64,000 bases of DNA from the human T2T-CHM13v2.0 reference genome, Homo sapiens: the NCBI RefSeq assembly GCF_009914755.1, contig NC_060927.1. One strand, given 5' to 3'. Below, piece after piece: positions 1 through 19,139 of this stretch. A program made the position numbers and the translations under genes. A model generated the notes under the pieces. The model was not told the DNA's origin. It ran no database searches and worked only from the letters and a program-made list of their open reading frames with translations. Each line of letters opens with the position of its first letter. The stretch's first letter is position 1.

Positions 1-562
1 GGTTTTAACTACTTGACACTTTGAGGTACTGTTGGGAGATTTCCATGCAGAGGAAAGTTGAATGTGTGGGTTTAAAGCTCAGAAGGGAAGGTGGACTGGG
101 AAAACAGTCTGGTTGGACATCAGCACATGGAGCAGGGGTTAACCAGGAGCTTGTAAACCCAGGGAGTTATACAGACAGTTTTATGGGTATGCATACATGT
201 ACACTGTTTTTCCTGGGGCAAATAGGGTTTCTGATTTCCCAGGGCCCATGACCCCACAAAGGTTAAGAGCCTCTGATGAGGACAGTGGTTGATCCATGGG
301 ACAAAATAATATTACTGTGGAACCCTGCTGGGGCAAGAAGGGAAAAGGCCCCTTCTTTTCTCTGGCCCAGCTGGCAGGTGCTATCTGCCTCCCCTCAGGC
401 CCCTGCCTGCCAGGGATCTATACCTCTCTAGCTGCCACAGCAACGCTTTGTCACCCTTTAGGTTCTTGTGTTTGATCGAAGTCTTTTCTCCTTTAATTTA
501 CATTTTTAACCAAAGTAATATATGTGCACAATTGTAAAAGTTAGGATAGATACACAAAACTT

Positions 563-876
<314 letters not shown>

Positions 877-1919
877 TAAAATGAGAAACAGCCCCGAATA
901 TAAGAGCCTTTCCTTAGTCTGAGATGTAATTGAGTAACTCTAAGGCCTTCTCTGGGTCAGCCTCACTGTCATCTTCCCTCAAATAGTCCAGCCCCGCTTC
1001 TCCCTGTCATCAAGTCCTCTCCCCTTCCTTTGTCCCCTCTCACCTTTCCTCTTCCTTGTCCTCATTGTCACCATTGGTAAGCACGACTGAGCACCCAAAG
1101 GGTGCCAAGACACTGTAGGAAGCTGGAGGATGGGTGCAGAGCCCATGCTGTAAGCATCTTTGTCTCGCTCTTTCTCTGCCCCAGGCCCGCATGGAGTGGC
1201 ACAAAGTTCCCAGGCAGAACCAGGCTCAGGAACAGCTGAAGTCCTGGTCTGGCCTTCCTGTGGTTTTCCTAACTTACCAAGTTACAGGTCAGTTAGAGCA
1301 GCAGCGCTTCTGACCTCGGTGAGGAGTTGGAAGGATCTGGACGGGAAGTCAGAGCCTGGGTAACAGTCCTGGCTCTGCCACCCACTAGATGTGTAACCCC
1401 AAGTCAGCTGATTCCTCTCCAGGTGCCTCGGCTTCCGCATCTATCGTATGACTCGTGATCTCTGGGAAGCCACACAGCTCAAGGTCTTGGGGGTAAGACA
1501 CCTGATATAGCCCCGACCCTCTCAGGCCACGATGGTGTCGATAGTCCCATGGTGTCAGCTCATGGGACATCTGCAGAGACTGGCCATTGTGGCTCCCTCC
1601 TGACTCTGCATTCATGGGGAGTCCGCTGCCCAGAGCCCATATTAGGAGCCCTGGGGGAGGACGCATCCTGCCTGCTTTGCCATTTCCTCAGCCTGACTGG
1701 CAAGCAGCCTTTTTCCTCCCAGCCTCTACCCCGCCTACTGTGTTTCATGGCAGCATGGAATGGTAATGTTTGGACTTTGCCATTCAAAGGATTTGAAGGA
1801 TATTTTTATCTTTCAAGAAGATTTGAATCAAAACAGTGAATCCAAATTATACAAATACTGATTAATTTTTAGATAATTTTCCAGAATGAATTTCACAAAG
1901 CCAACAATTAATTACTTGA

Positions 1920-2640
<721 letters not shown>

Positions 2641-3512
2641 CATCTTCTGTTCTGCTGTGATGTGAAGTGCTGAGAAGTTCAGGTGTGTGCACCTAGGTCA
2701 GTCTTGCCTGGGGACTTCCCAGAGTTCGGATCTCTGGCTTGGGAGCCTCACCTTCTCCCTAACGTGGAAAGGGAACCTGCATGTGAAGAACATGATTCTG
2801 AGCCAGGCTCTGAGCTCAAACCTGGGTCTGCCTCCCTTGTCTGTGTGATTTTGCGCCGCTTGCTGAATACCCTGAGCCTCATCTTTCTCACCTCTAAAAT
2901 GGGAATAATAATATTACCTACCTGCTGACTCAGGAGAGCTGTTTGTATTATATAAGTATACTTGATTGTTGCGACAAACACAGTAACATTAAATAATCAC
3001 TTGTGTGAAACTTCTATTCCCAGCACGTCATGGAGGCTCCGGAAGCGTCACTTACCCTGTCCCTGTCGGCATCATCATCGTCAGCATCGTTTAAGAATCA
3101 AGCCCTGTTTTCTTCTTCTGACCACTGGGTGGCTCCGCAGAATTGGTTCTGTGATTATCGCGCTCTCAAAGGCGGCCTTGGGGTTTGGGTGAACAGTATG
3201 ATAATGCTGGTTTGTCGTAGGTCAAAAACAGCAAATTATCTGCAATGTCATGTGGTTCTACCTAATGCTTGCGGTGTCCCTGCCCTGGGCTGTTTCCCTT
3301 CGGCTTCATCTCAGCGAATCACGAACACATTCCACGGACTCACCTCCTTGGAAGCCTTTTGGATTCTCTGCGCAGCCCAAGCTGCCCGGGATCTGGGAGG
3401 CCAGGCTGTGTCTATGGCCCCGGAGCCCGCCCGGACTTGCCACTGGAGACCTGGGGCCAAGGGCCCATCCGAGCTGGGAAGAGAGGGCTAGAAAGAGAGC
3501 ATTAGAATCGAG

Positions 3513-4031
<519 letters not shown>

Positions 4032-4303
4032 TTAGAAAGATCTCAGATCATTCCCAGAATTGCCTAGTGAGTCTAATCGTGGTGTTGAGTCACCTGGAGG
4101 CTGGAGGGGGCCCCAAGCCCTACAGCTCCGGGCCTGAGGCGGGTCCTCAGACAGTCCCTGGGCTGAACTGAAGCTAAGCAAAGCTCTGCGTTCGCAGGGA
4201 GGTCCCCGTGGGCTCTTTGCCTGTGTCTTTCTAGCCAGAAGGTCCCAGGGTTTTCCGTATGTGGAGGAACTTGGGGTGCCAAAAACACAGGAGCACTTCA
4301 TGA

Positions 4304-4703
<400 letters not shown>

Positions 4704-5367
4704 TAAAAAGGTTACCTTCCAGAAATTTAAGAATGGTTTAATATTATGAAATCTATCAATGTGATTGATCATATTAATATTTAGCATATAAAAGAGAAAA
4801 ATGATGTGATAATCCCCACAGATACTGAAAAATTCAACAGTTTATTTTTGGTAAACACTCTTAATAAAATAGGAACAGGTATATTTTCTTAATACGAAAC
4901 AATATACTTATCTCAGTATAAAAGCCAGCATCATACTTAATGGGGACACAATAAAAGTTCTCCCAAACTTGAAGTCAAGAACAAAAGAGGTTTATCCATT
5001 TTTACAGCTATTACTTAATATTTTTCTGGATGTGTTAGCCAATATAATTTGACAAGAGGTAGAATATAGAGATAGAGAAATCAGAATGGAGGAAAAATTA
5101 TTATTTTCAGATCAAAATAACTGTATACTTGGAAAACACAAAGGATTTTATTCAGAAATTACACACCAAATGCTGGTGAGGATGAAAAGAAATAGGAAGG
5201 GCCATTCATTGTTGGTGGGAATGCAAAATGGTATACAGCCAGTTTGGAAGAGAGTTGGCAGTTCCTTAGAAAACTAAACATGCTCTTACCACACAATCCA
5301 GCAGTCGAGCTCCTTGATATTTATCCAAATGAACTGAAAACTCAGGTCTGCACAAAAGCCTTATATG

Positions 5368-5778
<411 letters not shown>

Positions 5779-6285
5779 TCAGCACTAAAAAGAAATAAGC
5801 TGTCAAGCTGTGAAAAGACATAGAGGAATCTTAAACACGTATTACTAAAGTGAAAAAAGCCCATCTGAAAAGGTTATATACTATGTGATTCCAACTATAT
5901 GACATTCTGGAAAAAGCAAAACTATGGAGACATTAAAAAGATCAGTGGTTGTCAGGGGTTGTGGGAGAGAGGATGAATAGGTAGGGCCCACAGGATTTTC
6001 AGAGAAGTGAAACTATCCTATATGATACCACAGTGGTAGATGTCAGGACACGTCTCAACCCATAGAACGGGCAACACCAAGAGTAAACCCTAACGTGAAC
6101 TGTGGACTTTGGTTGACAACGACGTGTCAACATAGGTTCATCGGCCGTAACAAATGTACCACTCTGGTGCAGGATGGTGGGGGAGGTGGTATGTGTGGCG
6201 AGGGTTTGGGGGCATGTGGGAAATCTCTGTACTTTCCACGTAGTTTTGCTGTGAACCTAAAGTTGCTCTAAAAAAATAAAATCTA

Positions 6286-6709
<424 letters not shown>

Positions 6710-6936
6710 TTACATAAGTAAAGAACAACTAGTTATTAATAGAAAAACTAATGGAAGAAAGTTCATTTAAGTCCATTTACAAAAACAACAACAACAAAAG
6801 CAACAATGATGACACAAAATGAAACAATTTGGAACAAACTTAATGAGATACTTGAAACATATTTATGAATTAAACTTTCAAATTCTAAGAGATACAAAAG
6901 ATAATTTAAATATATAGAAAGACATATCACATGCTA

Positions 6937-7273
<337 letters not shown>

Positions 7274-7399
7274 TAGTAAAAATCACACTATCAGAGAGAT
7301 GGGGAAATGGGTACTTTCTTATGTTGCTGGTGACTATAAACTGGAAAGCCTCTGAGTAGAGCAATTTGATGATATCTATAAATACAATTACAATAATTT

Positions 7400-9328
<1,929 letters not shown>

Positions 9329-10189
9329 CTATCTCCCAGATATGGAAGCCAGGATGGAATCCTCTATGAATTAGAAACACATACTAAAGTATGAATGGTT
9401 TTTAAAACGTAGTGTTAAGTGAACAATAGAGTGAGAAAGAGAATGCAATTTATTAGCACAGGACAGGGTATGTTAAAGACACACACACACACAAACATGC
9501 GTTTGACAACGATGCAAGGATACACATCAGACGCATTGCAATGGATGGCCGTGGTGGGGTGAGGGGGAGGTGGGGACAGGAATTGGGCCCAGAGATGAAG
9601 TGGGGAAGAGGAATGAAACAGGAGAAGGGCCTTGAGGCTGGTGCTGGCAATAAACTCTGAACTGAGGTGGAAGATGAGCCCAGCCCTGTACACACCTTCC
9701 AGTTACAGACGTGATTACAATCTTTCCTATCAGCAGAAAGGCCTGTGCGTGTGACCGTAGGTGTCATGTGGCCAGCAGGCAGCAGCTTCTCCCTAGAAAA
9801 TCACAAGCTGGGGCCCGAAGACAGGTCTGGAGGCAGGGGCTGCACCTTCCTGCCAGGAGCGCGGTGTCAGTGGCCCTCCCAGCCCAGACAAAGTCCCCTC
9901 AAAGCTGGCCTCTCTGTCTTGGGGGAAGCATGGCATACTGGCCACAGCTTAGCTTGAGTTTCTGGATTTCTCAAGCAACAAGCTTGAAATCCCCAAGAGC
10001 AAAGTTCTCCAGGCTGGTCCCAAGGCTGGGTGATGTTTGTCTTTCCAGCTCCCTTTCCCATCTTGCCTCCTGTTCCCAGAGGAACATCTGTGTTGGGAGC
10101 AAGCGAAGCACAGGGATGGGCCACAGGAAATCTCAGAGAGAAACAGTCCCGAATGACAACCTTCAGGGCATCAAGGAGTTTTTTGAAAA

Positions 10190-12250
10190 TATAAAGTTAC
10201 CTAAGAACTTGGATAGACATTTCTCCAAAGAAGATATTCAAATGGCCAGTAAGTACATGACAAGACGCTCAACGTCATTAATCATTAAGGAAATGCAAAT
10301 CCAAACCACAACGAAATACCACTTCACACCCATTAGGTTGACTATTATAAAAAAGAAAATAAATGTTAGTGAGGATGTGAAGAAATGGGAACTCTTGTGC
10401 CCTGTTGGTAGGAATGTCAAATGGCGCCACTACTGTGGAAAACAGTATGATGACTCCCCCCAGATTGAACATGGACTTTCCACAGGATGCAGCAATCCCA
10501 CTTCTGAGTATATAGACAAGGACTTGAAAGCAGGAACTCAAACAGAGATGTGTATACTCATGCCCATAGCAGCACTGAAAAGATGGAAGGAACCCAAGTC
10601 CCCATTGACAGATGAATGCATAAACAAAATCTATATATTATATACATAGGAATATTATATATTACCTGTTTATATAATCTATAATATTTTAACCCTGTAT
10701 AATATTCCTATATATAATATAATATGTAGAAATATTTACATAGTATATAAAATATTATTTTTATATTATTTATGTTATATATAATAATATATTATACAAC
10801 ATATTATATATCTACATATAATATATTATATATAGGAATATTATACAGCCTTAAAAAGGAAGGAATTTTTTTTTTTTTTTTTTAGAAACTGATTATTTTC
10901 CATCAACCTTATTTCCATGTTGCGTAAGAGCCTGTGCGAGAACAGCTTAGGACCATTCAGTGGTTGCTCCTACCCCTTCAGTGGCCTGAGCAGTGGGAGC
11001 TGCAGACCAGTCTTCCGTGGCAGGCTGAGTGCTCCAGTCTTCAGTAGGGAGCTGCTGAATAGGCACAGAGGGCACCTGCACGCCGTCAGGCCAGTCTGCA
11101 ACCTCAGGCTGAGTAGCAGTGAACTCAGGAGCTGGAGCAGTCCATTCACCCTGAAATTCCTCCTTGGTCACAGTGTTTTCAGCAGCAGCCTGCTCTTTTT
11201 CAATCTCTTCAGGATCTCTGTAGAAGTAGAGATCAGGCATGACCTCCCAGGGGTGTTCACGGGAAATGCTGCCACGCATGCACAGAGCTTCCCGAGCCAG
11301 CATCCACCACATCAAACCCACTGAGCGAGCTCCCTGGTTGCATGGGATGGCAAAGTCCACATAGCACAGAGGAGAATCTGTGTTACAGAGCAATGGTGGG
11401 TAGGTTAACATAAGATGCCTCCGTTCTGAGAGGCTGCTGGTCAGCCCTGGGGTCAGTAACCACAAGAAGCCGTGGCTCCCAGAAGGCTGCCTGGATCTGG
11501 TTAGTGAAGGTTCCAGGAGTGAAGGGGCCAGCGATTGGAGTGGCTCCGGTGGCAGCAGCAAACTTCAGCACGACCCTCTGGCCAGTATTCCTGGAGGATA
11601 TAACACTGACAGCAGCAGCGTTTTCAATGGCAACAATGGCACGAGCTGCCAGCAGAAGCTTCTTCCAGGTCCTCGTCAGATTTATGATGTAGATGCCATC
11701 ACTTTTCCTTTTATAGACATACTGTTCCACCTGGAAGTCAAGATTGCTGCCACCTAACTGGGTTCCTGCTGCAAGGAACTTAAGGACATCCTCTTTCTTC
11801 ATTTGCAGGACATCAAGGGCTCCGGACACTGTGAAAATTTCCCTTTAAATTACAGTGAGAATCCAGAACAATGCCGGATGGAACCCTCTGCAGGTAGCAT
11901 GGAAAGGCAAAAGGAAGGAAATTCTGATACATGCTACAACGTAGATGAAACTTGAAGCCTGAGTTTCAAGGAGAATAACCAGTCACTAAAGGACAAATAC
12001 AGTATGTATATCCCACTTAATATGAAGTGCCTAAAATGATCAAGTTCATAAAGGCAGGAAGTAGAATGGTGGTTGCCAGGAGCTGACGGGCTGGGGAAAT
12101 GGGGAGTTTGTGTTTAATGGGTCAGAGTTTCAGTTGGGGATAAAAGGGTTCTGGAGATGGGTGGTGGGTGATGGCTGCACAACAGTGTCAATGCCACAGA
12201 ACTGTACACTTACAATGGTGAAAATGGTGTATTTTATCACAATTTTTAAA
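10190..12250 (+). mobile_element. Old L1 (L1M-type) 3' fragment interrupted by an AT-rich insert and the RPSA pseudogene
   Basis: ORF2 C-terminal-like peptide LDRHFSKEDIQMASKYMTR; L1 3' sequence resumes right after the TSD (aaggaaattctgatacatgctacaac). Confidence 0.8.
10866..11908 (-). pseudogene. Processed pseudogene of RPSA (40S ribosomal protein SA / laminin receptor)
   Basis: Intronless RPSA-like peptide ([10 protein letters not shown]...LMWWML...[14 protein letters not shown]...EWS) split across two frames. Start codon is GTG (11829-11827), with a frameshift near 11385. Poly(A) tail (T18 at 10866-10883), CCTTTCC 5'TOP start, and TSD AAAAGGAAGGAA at 10854-10865 and 11909-11920. Confidence 0.95.
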
Positions 12251-13850
12251 AGTTGCCTAAGAAGAGACTAAGCAAAGCAGATGCATTTCAAAGCAGTCCC
12301 CACCCCTCTCCTTTGTGAAGTCTCAGAAGGAACCTGAAGTTGGAGTGGAAAGAAAGGAAGCCTGGCTGTTAATAAGTTCTTAGCCTCTGATGGAAATGAA
12401 ACAGGAATAGAGTAAGGCCTCACGCGTTTGGAGTCCTGAGACTCTCCTGGGTGAGGGCAGATCCTGTTGTCCTCTGCTGAGCAGGATCCACCTCCTCCGT
12501 CTTTCTGCAGGGGGCCAGGCCTGGAAACAGGGGTGTACATGCTTGCCCTTGTGTACACACATCCGTCACATCCACATGGGGACCTGCCCGTGTGTTTGGA
12601 GTATGTTACACCATTCTCCACGCCTTAGTATCTGGGGCAGGTGGCGCTATTTTTCCCTACAAGTCACTCCTTCCTAGCCATACCCATGCTCTGCTGCAGG
12701 GCGAAGGAGCCTTCAGCCAGGAGGGCTAATGGCAGGGCAGGTCTTTAGGCAGAACAGCTCTCTGCTCTAGGTTACCCCCAGCAAGAGGAGGACGGGACCT
12801 CACACCCTGATGAAGGCTCAGATGAGCAGCCACTGCAGGCTGAAAAGTTTTGCTGTGGAATTCTGTCCTCTCAAAGATAAGCACAGTCCCCAGCCTGCCT
12901 CCAGCACTGGCGTGGCCAGCACTTTTGTTATCAGTGATGAGCCCTGCTCTGACAAACGCTGACCAGCCTCCTGCTCCTGGGGGCCAACTGGCCGGTGTCC
13001 TTGAGATGATTGTGGAGAACTGCAGCAGACGCGATAAAGGCAATTGCACCTGGACTTTGGTTCCAATGTCCTGGAGACTGCAGGCAGGCAGTCCAGTCAG
13101 GCCTGTGGCAGCACAGGCTTCCCAGCCTGGCCTGGTGGAGACTTGCCACCACCACCCTTTGGGGCTGACTTTGCCTTTGTTCAAATCCCAGCAAGTTCCT
13201 CAGTTCCTCACTCTCACAGCCTCATTTCCCAGTCCTGTAGAATGGGGATAATTCTAATAGCTCCCCTGCGGGGAGCTGGGAGGGAGAAGAGGAGGTCACA
13301 CCTAAAGTGGGTAATTGATTGTCAAAATGTAACATTCCTGGGAAATGCTGGGGCCATTTGGCTTCCTTTCCAGCCCCCGATGGGTGGTCTGGGTTCTAGG
13401 AACCAGCAGCAGCTGGAGCTGGAGAGGGAGGAAAGGAGGAGAGAAAGTAGAGTGAGAGAGGTGGGGTCGGGCATGAGCACGCCCCGGTGGCACTAAGCCT
13501 GGTGCCCAGAGCCTGGTATTGGGAAAGCCAGCTTCTTCTCCCTCCCACGTGTACCAAAACTAGCACCAGAGAGAACTCTGAGCCCGTCTAGCTGCGGGTG
13601 AGACTCATCTATACCTGCTCCTTCACCTCTTCACCAGGGGAAGTTAAGCAGAGGGTCAGGGCACGCCTCGGGGCTGGGATAGTGCTGCCTGATGGTTTGA
13701 TCTCTCTGGGTTGGCACGTCACCTGGACATCATCTTCATCATCTTCATATTAGCACTGGTGAGGGTAGGGAACAAGGGTTGTGGGGGAGGGGGGCAGAGA
13801 GCCTACGGGGTGTTCTGTGCCCAGCCCTGACCAACAGAACAATCACAAGC

Positions 13851-14225
13851 TGCTATGGGTTGAGTGGTGTCCCTCCCAAATTCCTGTGTTGAAGTTCTAA
13901 CCCCCACCCACTGCCTCAAAATGGGACATTATTTGAAAATAGGGTTGTTTGAGATGTCATTAGTTAAGATGAGGTCATTAGGATGGGCCTTAATCCAGTA
14001 TGACTGATGTCCTCCTGAAAGGGGGGAATTTGGGCACAGACGCACGAAGAGTGCCGTGTGAAGACAGAGGCTGAGTGTGGGTGGTGCTTCTGCAGGCCAA
14101 GGAACCAGCCCTGCTGACATCTTAGTGTCAGACGCCCGGCCTCCGGGACTGTGAGACGATACGCTTGCCGCGTAAGCCACTCAGGTTGTGGCACCTTGTT
14201 ACGGCAGCCCTGGCAAACCAACACA
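13851..14225 (+). mobile_element. MaLR solo LTR (MLT1-like)
   Basis: tgctatgggttgagtggtgtccctcccaaattc...taagccactcaggttgtggcaccttgttacggcagccctggcaaaccaacaca. Confidence 0.8.
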
Positions 14226-15332
14226 CACCCCCTGGGACAGGGGTCAGCCTCCGGACCAGGGACAGATACTGGCCAGCCCCGATGCCAACAGTGATCCTTT
14301 TTAAAATCAGCTCTGCACACCACGAGTTGCCAGGGAGGACCAAGCTCCTCAGTATTCCTGGAACTCCCCCGGGACCAGTCCAACTTCCAGGAGGCAAAAC
14401 TAACGACTCATCTCATTCATGCGTTCAGCAAACACTGTCTGTGTTTGCTCTGCGGCAGGTGAGGCTGGGCACTGGGAATGTACTGGGCAGGGGCAGGCTC
14501 TATCCCTGCCCTTAAGGGGCTCGCTGGCAGCCTGGAGGGGAGACAGGCCCTTCCCAAATACAGACTCTTCATGGAGTGTGACAGAGAAAAGCTGGGCTGA
14601 AGGATGGCCCGGGGACCTCTGGTCTCTTTCCCTAGGGCAGCCTCCTTTTTCACGCATTCAAGACCTTTGAGGAATGAAGATCTTGGTTCTCAGGACAGCC
14701 TCTCACAGGTGGTAGGAAAGGTGCCTCTCCCAAGGAATGTGGGGTGGCTGGCTGTCCAAGTCAACCTCTGCAGGGCCTGGTGACCCTGCAGGACACAGCC
14801 AGCACCCACATTTTGCTGTGTGTGCCATCATCATTTTTCACCAGCACCCCTCTCAGAGAGACCCGAGGGAGCCACGAGCTTGATGATAATAGGGACAATC
14901 TCTTGTTTTACAGCTCTGTAAACCAAGGCACCAGGGCTCTGCAGAGATTGTGTGGCCAAACCCAGGCTGCCTGGCTGGTATCGGCACCTGCTGCTCTACA
15001 GACATGGGCTGTGAGCAGGGCTGAGGGGGATGACTTCTCCGGCCCGGCTGCGCCCCCCTGGGCACTGGAGCTCACGGGGACTAGGGCAGGGAGGCTGCGG
15101 GGATGGAAAGATCCCAGGCAGCTTCTGCCTCCTTGGAGCCACTATCAGTCTGCAGACCACCAGCCTGCCAAGGTCAAAGTTCACCACTCTCTCCATGAAA
15201 TGGATGTTATCCACAAGCTACCGGGCAAGGTCCAGTGTATCAGTGTGGCCTGATCATGTAGCGGCTCTGGTATCGGATTGCCTGGGCTTCAATCTGGCTT
15301 ATTAGCCGAGTGATCTTGGGCAAGTTACCCGT

Positions 15333-15674
15333 TGTATTAGTCCCGTTCTCATGTTGCTAATAAAGACATACTTGAGACCGGGTAATTTATAAAGAAAATA
15401 GGTTTAATTGACTCACAGTTGTGCAGAGCTGTGGAAGCCTCAGGAAACTTACAGTCATGGCAGAAGGAGAAGAAAGAAGTGCTGAGCAAAAGGGGGGAAA
15501 GCTCCTTATAAAACCACCAGACTCAGGAGAACTCACCATCACGAGAACAGCAGCACGGGGGGAACCGCCCTCATGATTCAATCACCTCCCACCGGGTCCC
15601 TCCCATGACTTGTGGGGATTATGGGAACTACAATTCAAGATGAGATTTGGGTGGGGACACAGCCAAACATATCA
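15333..15674 (-). mobile_element. THE1-type MaLR solo LTR inserted in a MIR
   Basis: tgtattagtcccgttctcatgttgctaataaagacatac...gagatttgggtggggacacagccaaacatatca; MIR core halves flank it. Confidence 0.85.
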
Positions 15675-17323
15675 CCTATCATCTCCAAGACTCAGTTTCT
15701 TCATCTGTAAACTGTGTCTTGAATACTGATACTTCATGATGTTGCTTTGAGGGTTAAACAATGAGATTTATAGGCAGGGCCTAGTGCACATAAGCCCACC
15801 CTCTAAGTGTCAGATATTCATATGTTTACTGGGATTAAGGTGTGGGCTTTGGTGCTCTGGAAGTGAATTCAGGGCCACCATTCACGGGCGACCTGATCTC
15901 AGGGCAGGTCACCACCCTCTCTGTAGTGGCCGCTGTGGGGCCCTGGCCAGTGCCCCTTCAGGGCAGAGGCTCTGGTTCCTGCAGCTTCCGGGAGTGTTGA
16001 TGGTTTTGGTGGGGCCCAGCTGGGTTTCTCTCTGGGAGGTGCCCTCAGCTGAAGAGAACCACCTTGCTCAAGGTCGCCCCCATCTCCAAACCTGTGTCCA
16101 TGAGGGCTGCCGTAGGGATAGAAAGGCCAGGCCCTCTTGCCTCAAGGCAAGATAACTCGGAAGGTTCACCAGCCGGGGCCTTCCTGGCTACTGCATGGCA
16201 CTCACTCCTCTCTCTGCCCGTCCCGTGGCTTCTTACCCCCTGGCAGGCACTGTTTGTGAGAGCACTCCCTGAGAAGCCTGCACACAAATCTCTGTCCTCG
16301 AGTGTTTTCCTGGGAACCCAACCTGTGACAGTTGGTGCCAGGAAGGATCCTAGGAACAGACTCTAAAATGGGATCTTGGTGCTGCGTCCCCTGCCGGCCA
16401 GCTGGCAAGCAGGACCAGGCACATGGCTGTGGCACAGCTGTTCCCACTCGCCCGGCGGAGAGCGGGTGGGGAGCTGGTGGGAGGGATGTGCTGATGGAGG
16501 CTGGTCCCGCACACTGTGTCCTGTTACGCCACAGCCGGGAACCAGACCCTGGGTTCAAGTCCGGAGCTGTGATGGCTGCGTCCTCATCAGCAGGAAGCCC
16601 TGTCTCCTAAACGCTTTGGTTTCCTGAACTGTGAGGGGGTGAGGCGAGCTGATTGGCCAAGCTGATTCACTGCGGTCCCTTCCAGCTCTAGCATCCTACA
16701 CAAGCCCGAGAACTAGGGAGAGGGGTTTGGGCGGGATGGGAGCGCCCTGGAGCCAACAGTGTGAATAAGCGAAGGGTAGTGGATGGAGGAGGCTGGAGGA
16801 GATCTTCTGGGGCCCACGCTGCCCGAAGCGGCCTGTTTCATCCTGGGCTCAGGCCCTCCCCTTCCTCCCCCGAGCCCTCCCAGGTTCTGATGCTAGGGCA
16901 CCTGTCGCTGACCCAGCTGGGCCTGGATTTTCGTCTACTTTCCTCAGGATGCCCTTGTCTCCTAGACTTCCCTTTCTTCCTCCTGCGTCTGCCCCAGCCT
17001 GGCAGGAGTGTGCACTCAGGACCATTAGCAGTTGGGGAAGCTGGAGAGGACGTTGCTCAGGCACACGTTTGTGGGCTGTGGAGCCCTGAGGAGCCTCTGG
17101 GCTGTGGGTGCCTCCCTGCATCCCCTCCCAGCCAGCCCACAGGCAGGCACTCAGGGAAGACGTGGAGGCTCTGAAGGGCTAAGCGACAGCTTGAAGGCCA
17201 CACAGCTGGTCACAGGGCCACATCCCCCACGTCCACATCCAGGACTGAGTAGCCCCAAGCTGCAGCTCCTTCCGCAGCCTCCTCAGCCTCCTCATTGAGG
17301 CCACCTGCGTTGTTCAGAGTTGA

Positions 17324-17779
<456 letters not shown>

Positions 17780-19139
17780 TAAAGTTTAAAGAAAGTAAAA
17801 ATTACCCCTTAAATTCCACCAACTGGAGCTAGTCACCGTTAACAGTTTGGTGAACAGATTTCCAGACAGCTCTGTGTGTGTGAGTGTGCGTGTGAGTTTG
17901 TATGTGAGATTTTATGATAATGGGATTATATACTGTTTCATAACCTGCTCTTTTTACTCAACAATATGCCGTGGAACTCTTTCCACATCGGTAAATGTAG
18001 CTGCACCCTTCATTTAACAGCTGTAGACCATCATCCATTGCATTCCACTGGGAATGAAGGTATGAACCGTGTTTCATTTACCCAACCTAATACTGGGCAT
18101 TTAGGCTGTTTCCAGTATGTCTCTTATTACAAAAAACTGAGGCACGGGCACGATGACACCTCTGTCTTGGCCATTTGTCCAGCTGCTGTCTTAGGTCCAT
18201 TTCAGCAGGTTGGTCTTCAAGAACAATCCCTACAGCAAGCAGGGGTACTGTGCTGCCTCATTGCAATGGCAGATCCTCATTTTCAGGAAATCCAGGGCTC
18301 CTCCCCAAGGGGCCAGGGCAGCAGAATCACACACACGAGGAGACAGCTTTCTCCTCGGGAAGTTCTGTGTGAGAGGCAGAGAGGGGCTCTTGCCCCGAGT
18401 CCATATCTAAAGTCGTGACTAGTCGTCCCCATGACAGTCTGCTCGGCTTCCTGCTGGAGTCTGGGGGGCCTGAGGACGGCCTGCAGCTCTGCAGGGGGCT
18501 CGGCTTTTCCTCCAGGAGGCAAGTGGGCTAAAGAAACTCGGGCCGAAGGCGGCTGGGAGGCCGAGGGCATCCCGGTGGGAAGGAAGGCTTGGCCTAGTGC
18601 CGCTGCTTCTCTGCAGGCCCCAGCACAGGAACTGAGACGGTGGGATCGAAGAAGTCAAGCTCACAGTTGGAAGGGGAGAGACCCACAGCCAGATGACCAT
18701 AGGGGTGACAATTCTCATGCACTTGGTCAGGGGTGGATAATAAGAAAGGGGGTTGGGAGGCGATGGGGGTAGTTTCTCCATTATCAGACTGTGGTCTATA
18801 TATTGGCCGGGTGAGGCCTTTTAAAAAAACACAGACTTACTTTATATTTACGAGCAGTTTAAAGAGCAGGCCAGTTGGGCAGAAGGTACAGAGATTTTCC
18901 ATCTACCTCCCGCCCCTACACAGGCACAGCTCTCACTACATCCTTCAGAGTGGTGCGTGTGTCACAATTCACAGCCCTTCCTTTACACAGCGTTGTCACT
19001 CAGGGCCCACAGTTGTCCCTCCGTGGATTTGGATTCATGTATCCATAACGACATGTATCCACCATTGTGTACACATTTGTAGTCAGCCTCCCTTTCTTAA
19101 AACTATGCCTTGCAGTGAAACTGCAACTCCCCTGCCCCC

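Noticed and set aside
9711-10649. 312-aa ORF
   Set aside because: Non-ATG start; the C-terminal half is decayed L1 ORF2/3' sequence and the N-terminal half has no recognisable homology.
10947-11829. Functional RPSA gene or programmed frameshift
   Set aside because: No introns, poly(A) plus TSD, mutated start codon and many substitutions at conserved residues: a processed pseudogene.
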